From positions 24,120,001 through 24,184,000 of the forward strand of contig NC_058368.1 in NCBI RefSeq assembly GCF_018350175.1: a stretch of DNA of 64,000 bases, given 5' to 3'. Within the stretch, counting starts at the first letter, position 1. The number at the start of each line of letters is the position of its first letter. This stretch comes from Felis catus (lineage: Eukaryota). Position numbers and translations under genes: made by a program. This document shows positions 52,234 to 64,000 of this stretch, piece by piece. Below the pieces are notes generated by a model that had not been told where the DNA came from, did no database searches, and saw nothing but the letters and a program-made list of their open reading frames with translations.

Positions 52234-52455
52234 GGGGCGCCTGGGTGGCTCAGTTGGTTAACAGTCCGACTTCTGCTCAGGTCATGATCTTGCAGTTCCT
52301 GGATTTGAGCCCTGTGTCAGGCTCTGTGCTGACAGTTCGGAGCCTGGAGCCTGCTTCAGATTCTGTCTGCCCCTCCCCTACTCACACCCTGTGTGTGTGT
52401 GTGTGTGTGTGTGTCTCTGTCTCTCTCTCTCTCTCTCTCATTAAAAAAAAAAAAA
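52234..52455 (+). mobile_element. Can-SINE containing a (TG)n(TC)n microsatellite
   Basis: SINEC head; (tg)~12 in the linker; degenerate TSD 'agaa(a/g)aaag(t/c)tttg'. Confidence 0.92.
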
Positions 52456-53187
52456 GAAGAAAGCTTTGCGTACTTAATAGAACCCTAGAGAACAAGTAAC
52501 AATTCCTATTGTGTATCTTCAGACTGCTTATGTGCAACGCACATAACTCAACAATGTAAGGACTTCGCAACCATTTTATAAAGTTCATAACATTCTTATT
52601 AAATACCTCAAGACTTAAACAGTCCCCTATGAAATAGCTTAAATTATCACAGTGACTATCAGCATGTATATGGCTTTTTGAACATGCGGGCTCCCTTCCT
52701 GGGAAAAATTTCTCAAGACAGAATTTTAGAGTGAACACTGATTAATATTCAGCCAGTACACATTGTATAGCAATATTAGCTTCTAAGCTATTACAGTATA
52801 TTCATATTGGGAAATAGCCACTGCCCAGCACCTCCTGAATACCTCCTTCCCTCCTCACCAGGCCTTCCCTTGCAACCACCCTGTCATCTCCAAGATCCTA
52901 AATCAAGAAGATTAACACCTGGCTGCATAAAAGGGTTGTGACCAGGGCCCTGATTGGTCACCGGCCACCCATTGTCAAATGTTAAATATTTTCATTCCCT
53001 GGAGTCAGAGACTTTTGCATCTATCATGACATTTGCATAAAATTAGTTCCATTTTAACAAGTTAAATTTAACTTGTCCTACTGTGTTGATATTGGTGCTA
53101 TAACATTCAAGGAAGAATGGCCATTATTTCATCCAATTTGCCATCTTTTAATCATTGTAGCTTTTTTGGAACCTAAAAATGCTTCAT

Positions 53188-53294
53188 GAGGAGCAGCTGG
53201 CTGGTTCAGACGGTAGAGCATTTGACCCGATCTTGGAGTCATGAGTTCAAGCCCTACACTGGGTGTATAGAATACTTAAAAAAAAAAAAAAAAA
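53188..53294 (+). mobile_element. Short tRNA-like carnivore SINE
   Basis: 'ctggctggttcagacggtagagcat...gagttcaagccctacactgggtgtatag' plus A17. Confidence 0.85.
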
Positions 53295-54182
53295 TAGCAA
53301 TACAGTTTCAAAATGCCTCAGCAAGTTGCCACAGATACTCCCCAGCCCCATCCCACCTCTCACCCACACTTCACATAGGTGCTCTTCGAGCTACCCTGAG
53401 ATATTGCAAAATTGTGGGATCTCTTTACCACTGCACTCCTCCCCTTTACTTCAGTAAATATTGGGCTCTGCAGATGGCCTTTCTTTCATCTTCTGTGTAG
53501 GAATAAGGTCTATAAATATTTTTTGATTTGTTGACGGTACATAGTCTGTATTTTTTACTGTTGTCCTAAGGACATTAGGGCTTTGGAAGATCACAAAAAT
53601 AGTACCTTCAGGGCTGCTAAGGGATCAGACAATTCTGAACTCAATGAATAAACTATTTTTCTCCTTCTGAAATAAATACTTGAGGGTGCCTGATCTTGAC
53701 AAAAGAACAAATCTTCTATTCAGTGAATAATGCATGTAAGCAATTTATGCCAAACTTATTTTTCTAAAAATGTTGTTCAGCCCAAGCAATCAATCAGACA
53801 AGGATTATTGCACAGTATGATAGTCACCACTCAGGTAGCTATTACAATGTATACTCTAAATTTAGTCCACACCCAAGTCAGTTTTGTGGTTCTTCCCACA
53901 GCTCATTTCCCTTTCTCTTAGCTGTACCAGTTGGTTTTGAGAATCACTCAAAGCAAGACGAGTGTAACACATAATTCCATCAGTAAGAGACCAGATGGAC
54001 CCAGTTTAGAGTAACTGGGAATTTTATCCTCAGAGAAGATACATGGAGAAAATGTGAAATTCTGACACGTCTATCATCTGCAAAACTACCATAGTGAAAT
54101 CCACTAAAGGAACTATCAAAAATTATCCTAGAATATGCTTAAAGCAGATTGCATTTAGGATGAACTTATCAAGACATACATA

Positions 54183-54511
54183 GAGTTTGGTAAGTGCTTT
54201 ATAGATTTTTGGATACTAACCCTTTATCTAATATGCCATTTGCAAATGTCTTCTCCCGTTTCACCAGTTGCCTTTTAGTTTTGTTGATGGTTTCCTTTGC
54301 TGCACAGAGGCTTTTTATCTTGATGAGGTCCCAATAGTTCATTTTTCCTTTTATTTCCCTTGCCTCTGGAGACATGTCAAGTAAGAAGGTGATGGGCATT
54401 AAGGAGCGCTCTTCTGGGGATGAGCCTTGGATTACTTATGTACGAGATGAATCACTCGGTTCTACTCCTGAAGGCAAGACTACACTTTATGTTAAGTAAC
54501 TTGAATTTAAA
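54183..54511 (+). mobile_element. Short 5'-inverted carnivore L1 (twin priming)
   Basis: Minus-strand ORF2 piece at 54183-54388 (MNYWDLIKIKSLC) abutting a plus-strand L1 3'UTR at 54389-54511. Confidence 0.85.
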
Positions 54512-56159
54512 CACAGTTATCTCACCTGAAATTCCTCCATTATTGAAAAAAAAAATCCATCCGCCACTGAGTACATATTTATCACTCTATACAAACTACC
54601 ATGGTAAGCAATCCATGTGGTAAATACAATATGCAACTCATAGAAACTTTGCCTTCTAGTGGCAAGTAAAGGCAGAGTTGAAAGGTAATGTTAAGTGCCA
54701 GATATGTAAACTTACTGTGCTAAGCAAGCTACTTTCCTGTTTGTTGTCACGAATTGGACCATGTGCTAGATGTTAAAGGAACAACTGAGGAAATGGAAAA
54801 TAGATGAGTATACAATAGAGATCTAGGTAGTGTCATGAATAAAGGAATTGAAACAAATTTTCAGGATAGGGCGTTCTCTCCCTTTGCTACTCGAAAGAGC
54901 AGCAACCACACGTGTGATTAACCTTTATAGAGAGCTTTGAATGTTCCGATTGGAAGTTTGTACACTTCCTTTGAAGGGAATATCAAAGCCATAACCAATG
55001 AGTGGCTGTCCTCTGAGGTACCTCAAGATTAGACCCAAGTTTTTTTAACAGCCCATCTAGAAGCAAGTTAGCTGAGTAATACTGCAATGATCCAAGTAAC
55101 AGCATACCTACAACCATGCTTCTCAGATCAACAGAGATTTAAAATCAGCTTATCTTTTTTACAATTGTCATCAGGCAAGCGGGAAAGATAGTAAAAGAAT
55201 AGGAGAAAGATTTCCTTAACTATCTCAAACTTCCTCTGCACAACCTACTTATCAACACGGGTATGTTCTTAGTAACCGCCAATTTAGGGACCACCACATG
55301 AAGCTACACCTCTATTCACAGAAAAGCCCTCTAAAATTTAATCACTTGTAATTTGTAAATACAGCTGGTCCTAAAAACATAGACATATAACCATTAGGAG
55401 AGGCAATCTGCTATAGGCCTTGAGTGCTCCTTCCCACATGTCCCTGTCAAGTCTGCCAAACTGCAAGGCCCGACTGTCCTGTCATAATTTCTATAGTTAG
55501 TCACACAATTAAGGTGAACACAGTTGACTACTATGCATTTCCCACACACGAGATGGTTCTGTTTGCTGCTTATGAAACTAGCACTACTATACGGATACCC
55601 CTACTCTGATGTACTGTTAACAGTCAACAGTCTTGTTTTGATCCGTTGTGTTCTACTGGCTTTTTTTTTTTTTTTTTGGCCTTAAGTTATGATATAGCTA
55701 TAGGGTTGGGATTCTTCTGCAGCAGCCAACTGGGTGCCAAGACAATGATATTTAGAAAAGAAAAGGCAAGAGCCTCATGGGCCAGGTTCTAAGATATAAG
55801 AAAACTCCCAGGGACTAGTGGCAAAGGCTCCCATCCAAGTGATGGGCTGGGGGTGAAGGGAAGCAATGATCTCTCACTGTCCCAGTTGCTAAAAAGAGTT
55901 GAGCCAATGAATGGTGAGAAGTAGGATTGAAACGAGCTGTCTAACCAAGTGCCATTGTATTCTTGCTCTGTGGGATAATGCATTAAGAAAGCACCCTGGG
56001 CCCATGTCAACAAAGAAAGCACGGTCATACCTTGTTTTAACACCTACCAGAACCACCCCTGCCGAGCACCGTATTCCAATACAAACTAATAAGATGTAGA
56101 CCCACAGTGAGAGAAGGGGAGGGAAATGCAGAACCGCTTTCATCAACAAATTTAGGATC

Positions 56160-56870
56160 TGTTAGGGACATGGCTAGTGTATTTCTGTGATGAGGGAATT
56201 AGAGATGTTATTCTCTTAGGTGAATGGCAGCACCTAGGCCAGCTCGAATCTGACACTGCTATTCCAATATATACAGATCATTTGGCTAAAACAATGTCCT
56301 GTTTCACAAAAGTGCCTCTATGGAACCTGATTCCTCTTTGGAGATTGATGTTGTTCCAAAGGAAAAATTAAGAAGGTGGGAGCTGGGTACCTCCCTTAGA
56401 ACCAACTATTCCTTCAGTATCTCCATGTTGCCTGACCATGCACCCTGCCCTATTTGACAGCCCTTAACAAAAAGAGGGACTTGGGGTGAGTCTAAGAGTT
56501 CTGTCTCCAGAGGCAACTGTCAATCTCATTTCCCAGGGAGGGTGCATAGCTCAAAGCCTCTGCCCATTCCTGGTGAACAGAGTACCTCAATCCCTTCTAT
56601 CTTCTTCTACCAGTGTTGTCCAGAAACCATCAACAATTACTCCAGCCATGACCACACAGTAGCACTGCAGACCCAACTATACCATGTTTGGGGGCATCTG
56701 GGCCTTTTACAGTAAGACAGTGATATTGTTTCATGGAAGAAGGGATTCAACAGTGGGTAAACAGGCATGGCATTCAATGGATATTTCACACCCTTATTAT
56801 CCTGAGGCTTCTGGCAGAACCAAAAGGTGAGATAAACATTTAACTACTTGACTGAAAAAGATCGCTGTAC
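56160..56870 (+). pseudogene. Degenerate class III endogenous retrovirus (ERVL-like) pol: RNase H and integrase remnants
   Basis: Collinear decayed motifs: IYTD...PLW..LW (RNase H), CPI*Q (zinc-binding CxxC), AHSW*TEYLNP (compare WQIDYIGP), and IQQWVNRHGIQWIFH/PYYPEASG (integrase core). Confidence 0.75.
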
Positions 56871-57862
56871 AGAATACACTGTCATCATTGTGGACCAACA
56901 CGTAGTGAGACAGCCAAGTCATGAGATGCAGCTGTTCTTTTTGAGGGAACCTGCCTTTGGCAAACTCAGGACAGCAGTGGGGAGTAGAGGACGGATGAAC
57001 TTTATCTGCAATTCCAACAAAATGATGTTTCTCTTTTTTTCCACTGACTCTTCTATCTGGGAGGTCTGCGAAATTTCATCTTAGTGTGGCAATTAAACAA
57101 CAGGGTGTGAGTGACTCTCCCCTGTTGCTTGGACTCCATTTCATTTCAGTTATCAACTATGAGAGATCACAGACCACAAGCACATGTAACAGCCACAAGA
57201 ATTTTAAACTCTAGATAATCCCTACTCGGCATGGCCTACTTGGGAAGTGATAGGAGCATCCTAAGTTGCCACCAGTCTACAACTGTACCCTAACCCACTT
57301 GATACCTGACCCATCAGGCTGAGCAAAGGGAAGAAGTGGCTAATACTAGAACAAACTATGTAGCTGGGAGAGAGGAAAAAAAAACCAACTCTGGCACCTG
57401 AGAAGAGCTTAGATCCTGAAAAGTATGGAGAGAGAACTGATTCATGATCTCCTTGTCCCCTAGACCGAGCACCACAGTTTGGAAATGCCATCATGTAGCC
57501 TGAGTCAAGCAGCAGCTGAACTGGCCGTCTGATCCTCTGCTGGCTTTATGGTTCCCTTTATTCCAAAGGAATAGGAAAATTTATATAGGCATGACTGGCC
57601 AGCAATTTTTCTGTGCTGGACACCATCGTCAGTGGCTCCCGGTGTCGATCTCCCCTCTCCCATACAGGACAAACATGGACAGTCACAACTTCTTGTTTAC
57701 TTGATTGTCTACTACCTTGAGTAGTTTAGCATACTCATCTTTATACCCCAAGTCTTTAATACAGTGCTTACCCAGTGCCTCACATACTTTGAATGATTAA
57801 ATGATGTTTTAACGAATGATAACTTAATAAATCAATCCAAAGAATAGCTATCAAAGGCTGGT

Positions 57863-59054
57863 GTAAGGCAAGATTAGTCAGGACTCTCTTTTAAGTGACA
57901 GAAACCCAAACTGAGTTCCCTCAGGCAAGATTAGTATTTATTAGAAAGTAACAGTCTTAGAAAACTCTCTAGATCCATTGGGATCTAATTAGAAGACAGA
58001 ACCATGCCAGTAATTTGAACAAGGAAAATATTAATACAAAGGTTAACAAGGTAAAAGGTAGTTAATTATTTAAAAGCTGTAAAAACTTTTAGGTCCAAGG
58101 GGCTAGCAACTTCACTAAGTGGCTGCCAACATAAGGCAGAGAAAAACTGAGTAAGGGTTGTGGAGACACAAAAGAAGGGGTCTACCACAGGATGAGCATT
58201 CTGACATTTGAGGAGAAACTGGCTGCTGCAGAAATATGCTGCCATCAATCAAGGTGAAGAGGCAACAGGTTCCAGGTTACTTGCCAGAACCAGGAAAGCT
58301 GGTTGCTGCTGTGGCAAGGGTTGCCAGGACCCACCGGTCCCCTAGCAACTGACAGCAAACTCAAAGCACCCCCCCCGCCCCCCCCCCCCCCCGGGGCGGG
58401 GGGTGTTCCTTCTCCCACCTTGCTATCTCCCTACAGCACCACCTACTGGCAGAGCTTAACATCAAGCCAGTTGGTAAAGCAGAAGTTACTTCTATGCAGT
58501 CCAGATTCATTATTAGACATTAAGACAAAAACCAGTGGATTTGAAAGTAATCACTGATACTTCCCAAACTGGAGCAGATGATAATAAAAACCAGGCTAGC
58601 TCCTAAGACTGGAGATGCTAGGAGCCGAGGCTCCCACACTGTAAGCATCTTGCCTGTGCAGCTCTCTAAAAGCTTTCTTCTCTAAAAGAATCCTCCTAAT
58701 TCCCCCATTCAACCTTGGATGAGCTCTTTTATGAATCAGAGATCATGGACATTGTCACCTTTGGAACCATACTTTTCAAATCAAAACTAGAGTTTAAGCG
58801 TTGGACATCTTCTCCTTCAACTCCATTATAAAAAAACTCCAAAGAAGCTCCAAAGAAGTTTTGAGTCATTCAATGATTCAATGACCAAGAGGGTGTACAA
58901 GTCAGACACTTTATGTGACACATGCTTGTCTCTGGAGAGAGGATATAAGAGCTCTCATTGCAACTGCCACCAAAAGCACACAGGTGAAATGGCAAACAAG
59001 ATCTCCCCCAAAAGAAGGAGCAGGGTAAGACAAAAACAGTAAATGTCTACTACA
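57863..59054 (-). mobile_element. Old MaLR LTR (MLT1K/L-like), probably interrupted by another LTR
   Basis: 'ttagtcaggactctcttttaagtgacagaaacccaaac' and terminal 'aaatgtctactaca'. Confidence 0.5.
57975..58558 (-). mobile_element. Ancient LTR (LTR78/79-like)
   Basis: 'agacagaaccatgccagtaatttgaacaaggaaaatattaatacaaagg', 'ctactggcagagcttaacatcaagccagttggtaaagcagaa'. Confidence 0.6.
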
Positions 59055-61993
59055 GATACCTCAAAAATATTCTATGCCTCCCTTTTCTCTTCTTCAGGCC
59101 AGTGTCTCAAACCCTGTGAACAAAGCAGAGAGGCAAAATTCTGCAAATTCAATACCTACATAACCAACTTGTTCACTGTGCTTGATTCTCCTCTCCTCTC
59201 ATTTCAGCCATGACTCAAATAGAAGGCCAACGCATGGTGGTGGACACAATGATAGATCACAACGCAGTGAGTCTTATGGCTGGTTGTGTTTCCCCAGTGT
59301 AGCTACTTAAATGCAGGGAAGAGGGAATTTGAAAGGCAAGTTATATATATATGAGAAAAAATTGGTTTTAAATTAAAAACTTCCTTACAGAGAACCAATA
59401 TTTATGACTAATGGGTTTTTAATTCAAGGAAAGGAATATACATTACTATGGTCTTTTAATATTAGTCTATTAAACTTTTATCTGATTAAAAACTTGAAGA
59501 TTTATGGAGGACTTAGACATCGATTATAACTTTGATTAAATCCTCTCAATTTAAACTGTAATTACGAGTATGGTTGATTCCTTTGACTGTATTAAGCATC
59601 TAAAACAGCAGACAAGTCATATACAATTAAAAGGATTACAAAATTTACAATACACTAAATCTAGTTATCAAAATGCTGAAACATGTTTAACTTTGTCTCT
59701 TATTCCTGCCTTTATTTTGACACCTTGCTAGGGCTCCTAGTTTTAGATACTCTTAGGAGTTCTTCATCTTACCGAACACAAAGGAAAAAGATTGATCTTA
59801 TACCCATCAAGGTTGCAGATTCTGAGTTGCTGGCTAGGTGACCCTGGATTGGAACCTCAATTGTGACTCAAAGGTCCACAGTGATTCAATCAAGAGACAG
59901 TAAATATGGTAAGCTGAATCATCTTATATAATAAATGTGTGGGGTTTTTTTTGACTTGGTGACTGTCTGGAAATGATATATTCTTAAACTTTTGTTTCTC
60001 ATCTACTATTCTGCCCTTATGATGTATGAACCTAAAACTACTGACATTTTAAGTATATATTTTACCAGTTTTATTTTAATTACTGGAGGCACCTAAAACT
60101 TAATCTCTATAAACAGCTCACCTCCTGGGCTATTAGGCTTAAAGATGAGAGATTAGGTTGTTTTACTGGAAGCAACTTATGAAATATCCATTATACTGAC
60201 CAACAGGTCTGATTACCTTTTGTAGTATTACATGTTACAACCCATTACAGTAGGATCTTTTATATAAATAACCACAAAAGTGCATCACTACATATCATTC
60301 TTGGTAGAGTTCCTACTTTATACAGGATTTGTCTCCTGCTTACAAAGAAACAAATCTATGTATGCATACTTGTAACAGAAGCCAAATACCAAATATACTC
60401 TACTGTAAAAACCCTTTTTTTAAAAAGCATCCACATACAAAAGCTTCTTTTATACGACCACCCTCTGCATACTAACTTTTTACTTCGTGTGTATTAGGAA
60501 TTCATAGATTTTATAGCCCCTTATATCTTTGAAAGCATTCTTGCTTTATGACAACAGAATATTCCAGACCTACCCTGTTTTGTTTTGTTTTTTTTTTCCC
60601 TACAGCTGTAAAGCAGCAAATATCAAATACCTTCAAGAAGACCTGGTCTTTTATGTAGAGGACAAAACTAAAGACCAAGCTATATCTGGACACTAAATGT
60701 ACACTGTAGAAATGAGCCAAAGATATGAATGCAGGATTTTTTTTTAGTGTCTGATCTAGAAAACTGTATGTGTATTTAAAAGTATGGCTTAAAGCTAACT
60801 TTTCCAGCTTTCTACCTTTTTGCTCCCTGTTTTCCTTATGCTATTTCATAAGGCACTTTCATACTGGCATTAAGGCCTCTATGGTTCAACAAAGAAGTCT
60901 CCAAAAAAGTAAAAAGTTTAGGATTCCATATTGCTTATACAGTCAAAGACTATTTTCCTATAAAAAATTAAAAGTATCTGTTTTTCAAAAAAACAAAAAT
61001 ATATCCCCCAAGTAAAGCCAATTAGCAAATAGAGTAGGATTTATGATTTTGGAAAGGAAAATTACTGTAATAGTGGTCCTAGATAGAGAATTGCCACTTT
61101 ACTCTTCTTTGAGAAGAATAGAAGGCTAAAGTTGGAGGAGTGAATGGAGAGAGAAGCCAGTATTTTATGAAACTCAGCCAGTTTCATAGGAGTCCATGGA
61201 TCATACTGCTATATAATCAGTTCTAATTCCAAGAAATTAGTACATACTCCTAATACCATAAAAAAATGTTATGAAATCATCCGTGTGTTGAATCTAATTC
61301 CATGAATGACTCAACTATCCACTACTTTTGTTATATATTCTTGAACGTATAATAATAAAGTTTGATTCAGGGAAGATGGTGGCAGTGGCAGCTTAGTTTT
61401 TCAATCTCTTTTAATCCCACTATACAGATTGAAAGTTAGAAAAGCAGACGACCCATGTTTTCAACAAACTTAAGTGACAAAGTATCTTCATGTACCCCAC
61501 AATATAGGCAGGTGTGGATAAACTTAATAGCTATAACATGCATAGCATCGACACCAGAGAAAGACTAAGCAACTAGGCATCCCACAGTCCTAAGAATCCT
61601 AAAATAGCCAAGAGGAAGTCATTAGACATTTCAGAGGGCCAGTGTGAGAACGGCAGCTAGAACTTACTGGGTTTTTCATACACTAGTAGTGGGTCAGTGT
61701 GATGAACCTTGCAATTGGCTGTGGAGAGACTGGAGCAGTCTGTTCATCATTAACTCTCAAAACCAGCTGCCAAGCTCCCTTGCAATAGAAGTCCCACACT
61801 GAGAATAAAGTGCTAGGAGTAACACTTCAAAGAGAAAAAGGAAAAAAGGGTGGCTCACATGTTAGTTGGACATAGGAACAGAGCCAAGAGGTCTCAAAGT
61901 AAAGCAGGTATTTTAACGTTACACAGAACAATACAAGACCTACCTTTCGAGTGTCAAGTCAGAAAACTCCCTCTAAACGTTAAGAAAATTTCA

Positions 61994-62214
61994 GGGGCAC
62001 CTGGGTGGTTCAGTAAGTTAAGTATCCGACTCTTGGTTTGGGCTTTCATAATCTCATGGTTTTGTGGGTGCCAACCCTGTGTACAGCTCCTCCACGCTCA
62101 GGGTGTGCAGCCTGCTTGGGATTCTCTGTCTCCTTCTCTCTCTACCCTTCCCCCACTCATGCTGTCTCTGTCTCTCTCAAAATAAATTTAAAAATTTTAA
62201 AAATAATAAAAGTT
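61994..62214 (+). mobile_element. Can-SINE
   Basis: SINEC; TSD 'taagaaaat(t/g)tca'. Confidence 0.92.
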
Positions 62215-62784
62215 TAAGAAAATGTCATGTAAAACTAAGCAATAGAAAAGAGCAAGAGGTCAACCTCCTTTCATAGTAAGAAAAATTAAGTAATTGCCAT
62301 CTTCTGTAGAACTGAGGTCATCATGATTATATACCAGGAAACAGCTTCAGAGGATTTGCCACGTGACTTGGAGGGTACTTGGGTAAAAATCTGTACATTT
62401 AAAAGTATTTTATTTATAGAATCATTTGGTCCAGTATTTGGAGTTAGCCACAAAAAGATTAATAATATCCTCATTTATAACTAGGAAAACTGAGGCTCAC
62501 AGGAGACCTTCTTGGGATCCCTTTGCTAAACTACCAGAATAAAAGCATTCTATAAAGCCATCTCCAAAAAATCATCTGGAAACTCTAATATTTCAAAATG
62601 AGTCAAATATACTTGAGATAAGGTTAACATAAATCAGAATTAGAGAAATGAGGTTAACAGAATTCAGAAGAAAAATAGAAATACAAGAGTAATTTTAGAA
62701 AAGAACACTCAACTAGAATAAAGTGGGGAAAAGTAGACATCGGAGACATAGAAGGTAAGAGGAAAGGAAATTGTAAACATCTTG

Positions 62785-63645
62785 AAGAAATTTCAATAGG
62801 AATTAGATGCTACTACACACCTATCAGGATGTTGAAAGTCCCAAACACTAATGAAACTAAATGCTAGCAAGAATGTAGTGGCAGGAAGGACAGCCACTTT
62901 AGGTGATCGTTCCTCACAACAAAGACTCTCACCCAATCATCCACCCACTGCACTGCTTTAAGTATTTACCCTACTGAGTAAAAAACTTGTATCCACACCA
63001 AAACCTGCATAAGCTGGATCTTAGTAATGTTAATAGCAGTCTCATTCATAATTGCCAAAACTTGGAAGCAACCTAGAGGTTAGTAGGTGAATGGATAGAC
63101 TATGGTACTTCTAGACAACAGATTATTGAAAACTAAAAAGAAAAAAAAAGAAAAAGAAAATGAGCTATCAAGCCATGAAAAGACAAGGAGGAATCTTCAA
63201 TGCATAATACTAAGTGCAGTAAGGCAATCTGAAAGACTACATGCTGTATGATTTCAACTATATGACATTCTGGAAAAAACAAAACCATAAAGACACTAAA
63301 AAGACACTCAACGACCCAACAGAGGTTGGGGTGAGGGAGTGATGAATAGGCAGAAAACCGCATTTTTAGTGCAGTGAAATTATTCTGTATGATACTACAA
63401 TGGTGGATTCATTTGTCAAAACACATAGGATGTGCAACACTGGAGTAAACCCTAATGTCAATTATGGACTTTGATTAACAATCATGTATCAGTGTAGGTT
63501 CCTTAATTTTAACAAATGTAGCCTGATGTAGGCATGCTGATGAACGGAAAGGCTGGGTGTGGGAGTGGCAGGGGCAACCTGGGAACTCTGCTTTCTGCTC
63601 AGCTTTGCTGAGAAACATCAACTATTTTTAAAAACAAAGTATTTT
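62785..63645 (+). mobile_element. L1MC-type 3' end fragment
   Basis: 'ataattgccaaaacttggaagcaacc', 'tatcaagccatgaaaagaca', 'gtaaaccctaatgtcaattatggactttg'. Confidence 0.85.
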
Positions 63646-64000
63646 TTTTTAAGAGGCAGAAACAAAGATTTGAGACTAAGGGACCAATATCAAAAGGTAG
63701 GTAGAGAAGATACAACATACATAAATATAAGTGCTTAAAGATAAAAATCAAATTGAGGAAATAGAATACAGTGTATGAATTGATACAACTTTTTCCTTAA
63801 TTAAAAAATTGAAACTGTATACTCAAACTGAATTTTAAAACAAATAGGGTACCTAAATAGAAACTACCAATACCTCACAAAATTCTAGTGAAATGGGAAA
63901 AAAAGAGACTAAGAAAAGGGTGTATTACTTTCAAAGAAATCCTATTTTTATCTGAACTTTCAATAAATAGCAGTGTTTTATACCATCAGAAAATATAGTA

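Larger units (their letters stand above)
61368..64000 (+). mobile_element. Ancient L1M/HAL1-like 5'UTR and ORF1 remnant with nested insertions
   Basis: Start 'gggaagatggtggcag'; A-rich ORF1-like sequence at 62500-62770 and 63650-64000. Confidence 0.5.

Noticed and set aside
1..64000. CRISPR arrays, prokaryotic or phage systems, numts, processed mRNA pseudogenes, rRNA/snRNA copies
   Set aside because: None recognised; repeated units are interspersed SINEs/LINEs, not regularly spaced arrays.

Overview
This is mammalian nuclear DNA, almost certainly from a felid: about 21 tRNA-derived Can-SINEs of the SINEC_Fc type and cat-type LINE-1s are present. It is intronic or intergenic and dominated by repeats. 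I can support no intact protein-coding gene. Every recognisable ORF in the track is a decayed LINE-1 ORF1/ORF2 piece, a SINE read-through, or an ERVL pol remnant. The main elements are three near-full-length carnivore L1s (about 1.0-7.8 kb +, 11.8-17.8 kb +, 40.9-46.3 kb -) and a full-length ancient L1M (37.4-50.0 kb -) carrying nested Tigger, SINE and L1 insertions. There are also MaLR/ERV LTRs, a degenerate ERVL RNase H/integrase segment, and L2/MIR fragments. I see no new multi-gene system. The most interesting signals are fine-scale retrotransposition and repair footprints: (1) a tailless retrocopy of a tRNA-Cys 5' half flanked by a perfect 16-bp target-site duplication (TSD); (2) a SINE-spacer-SINE cassette bounded by a single TSD; (3) an L1 tail with a possible 3' transduction and three stacked SINEs; (4) two twin-primed inverted L1s; (5) a tail-only micro-insertion; (6) a template-switch inverted duplication. 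Several strong but unverified splice-site pairs are also listed. Repeat subfamily names come from my recollection of consensus sequences, not from a database search. Boundaries are approximate unless a TSD is given.
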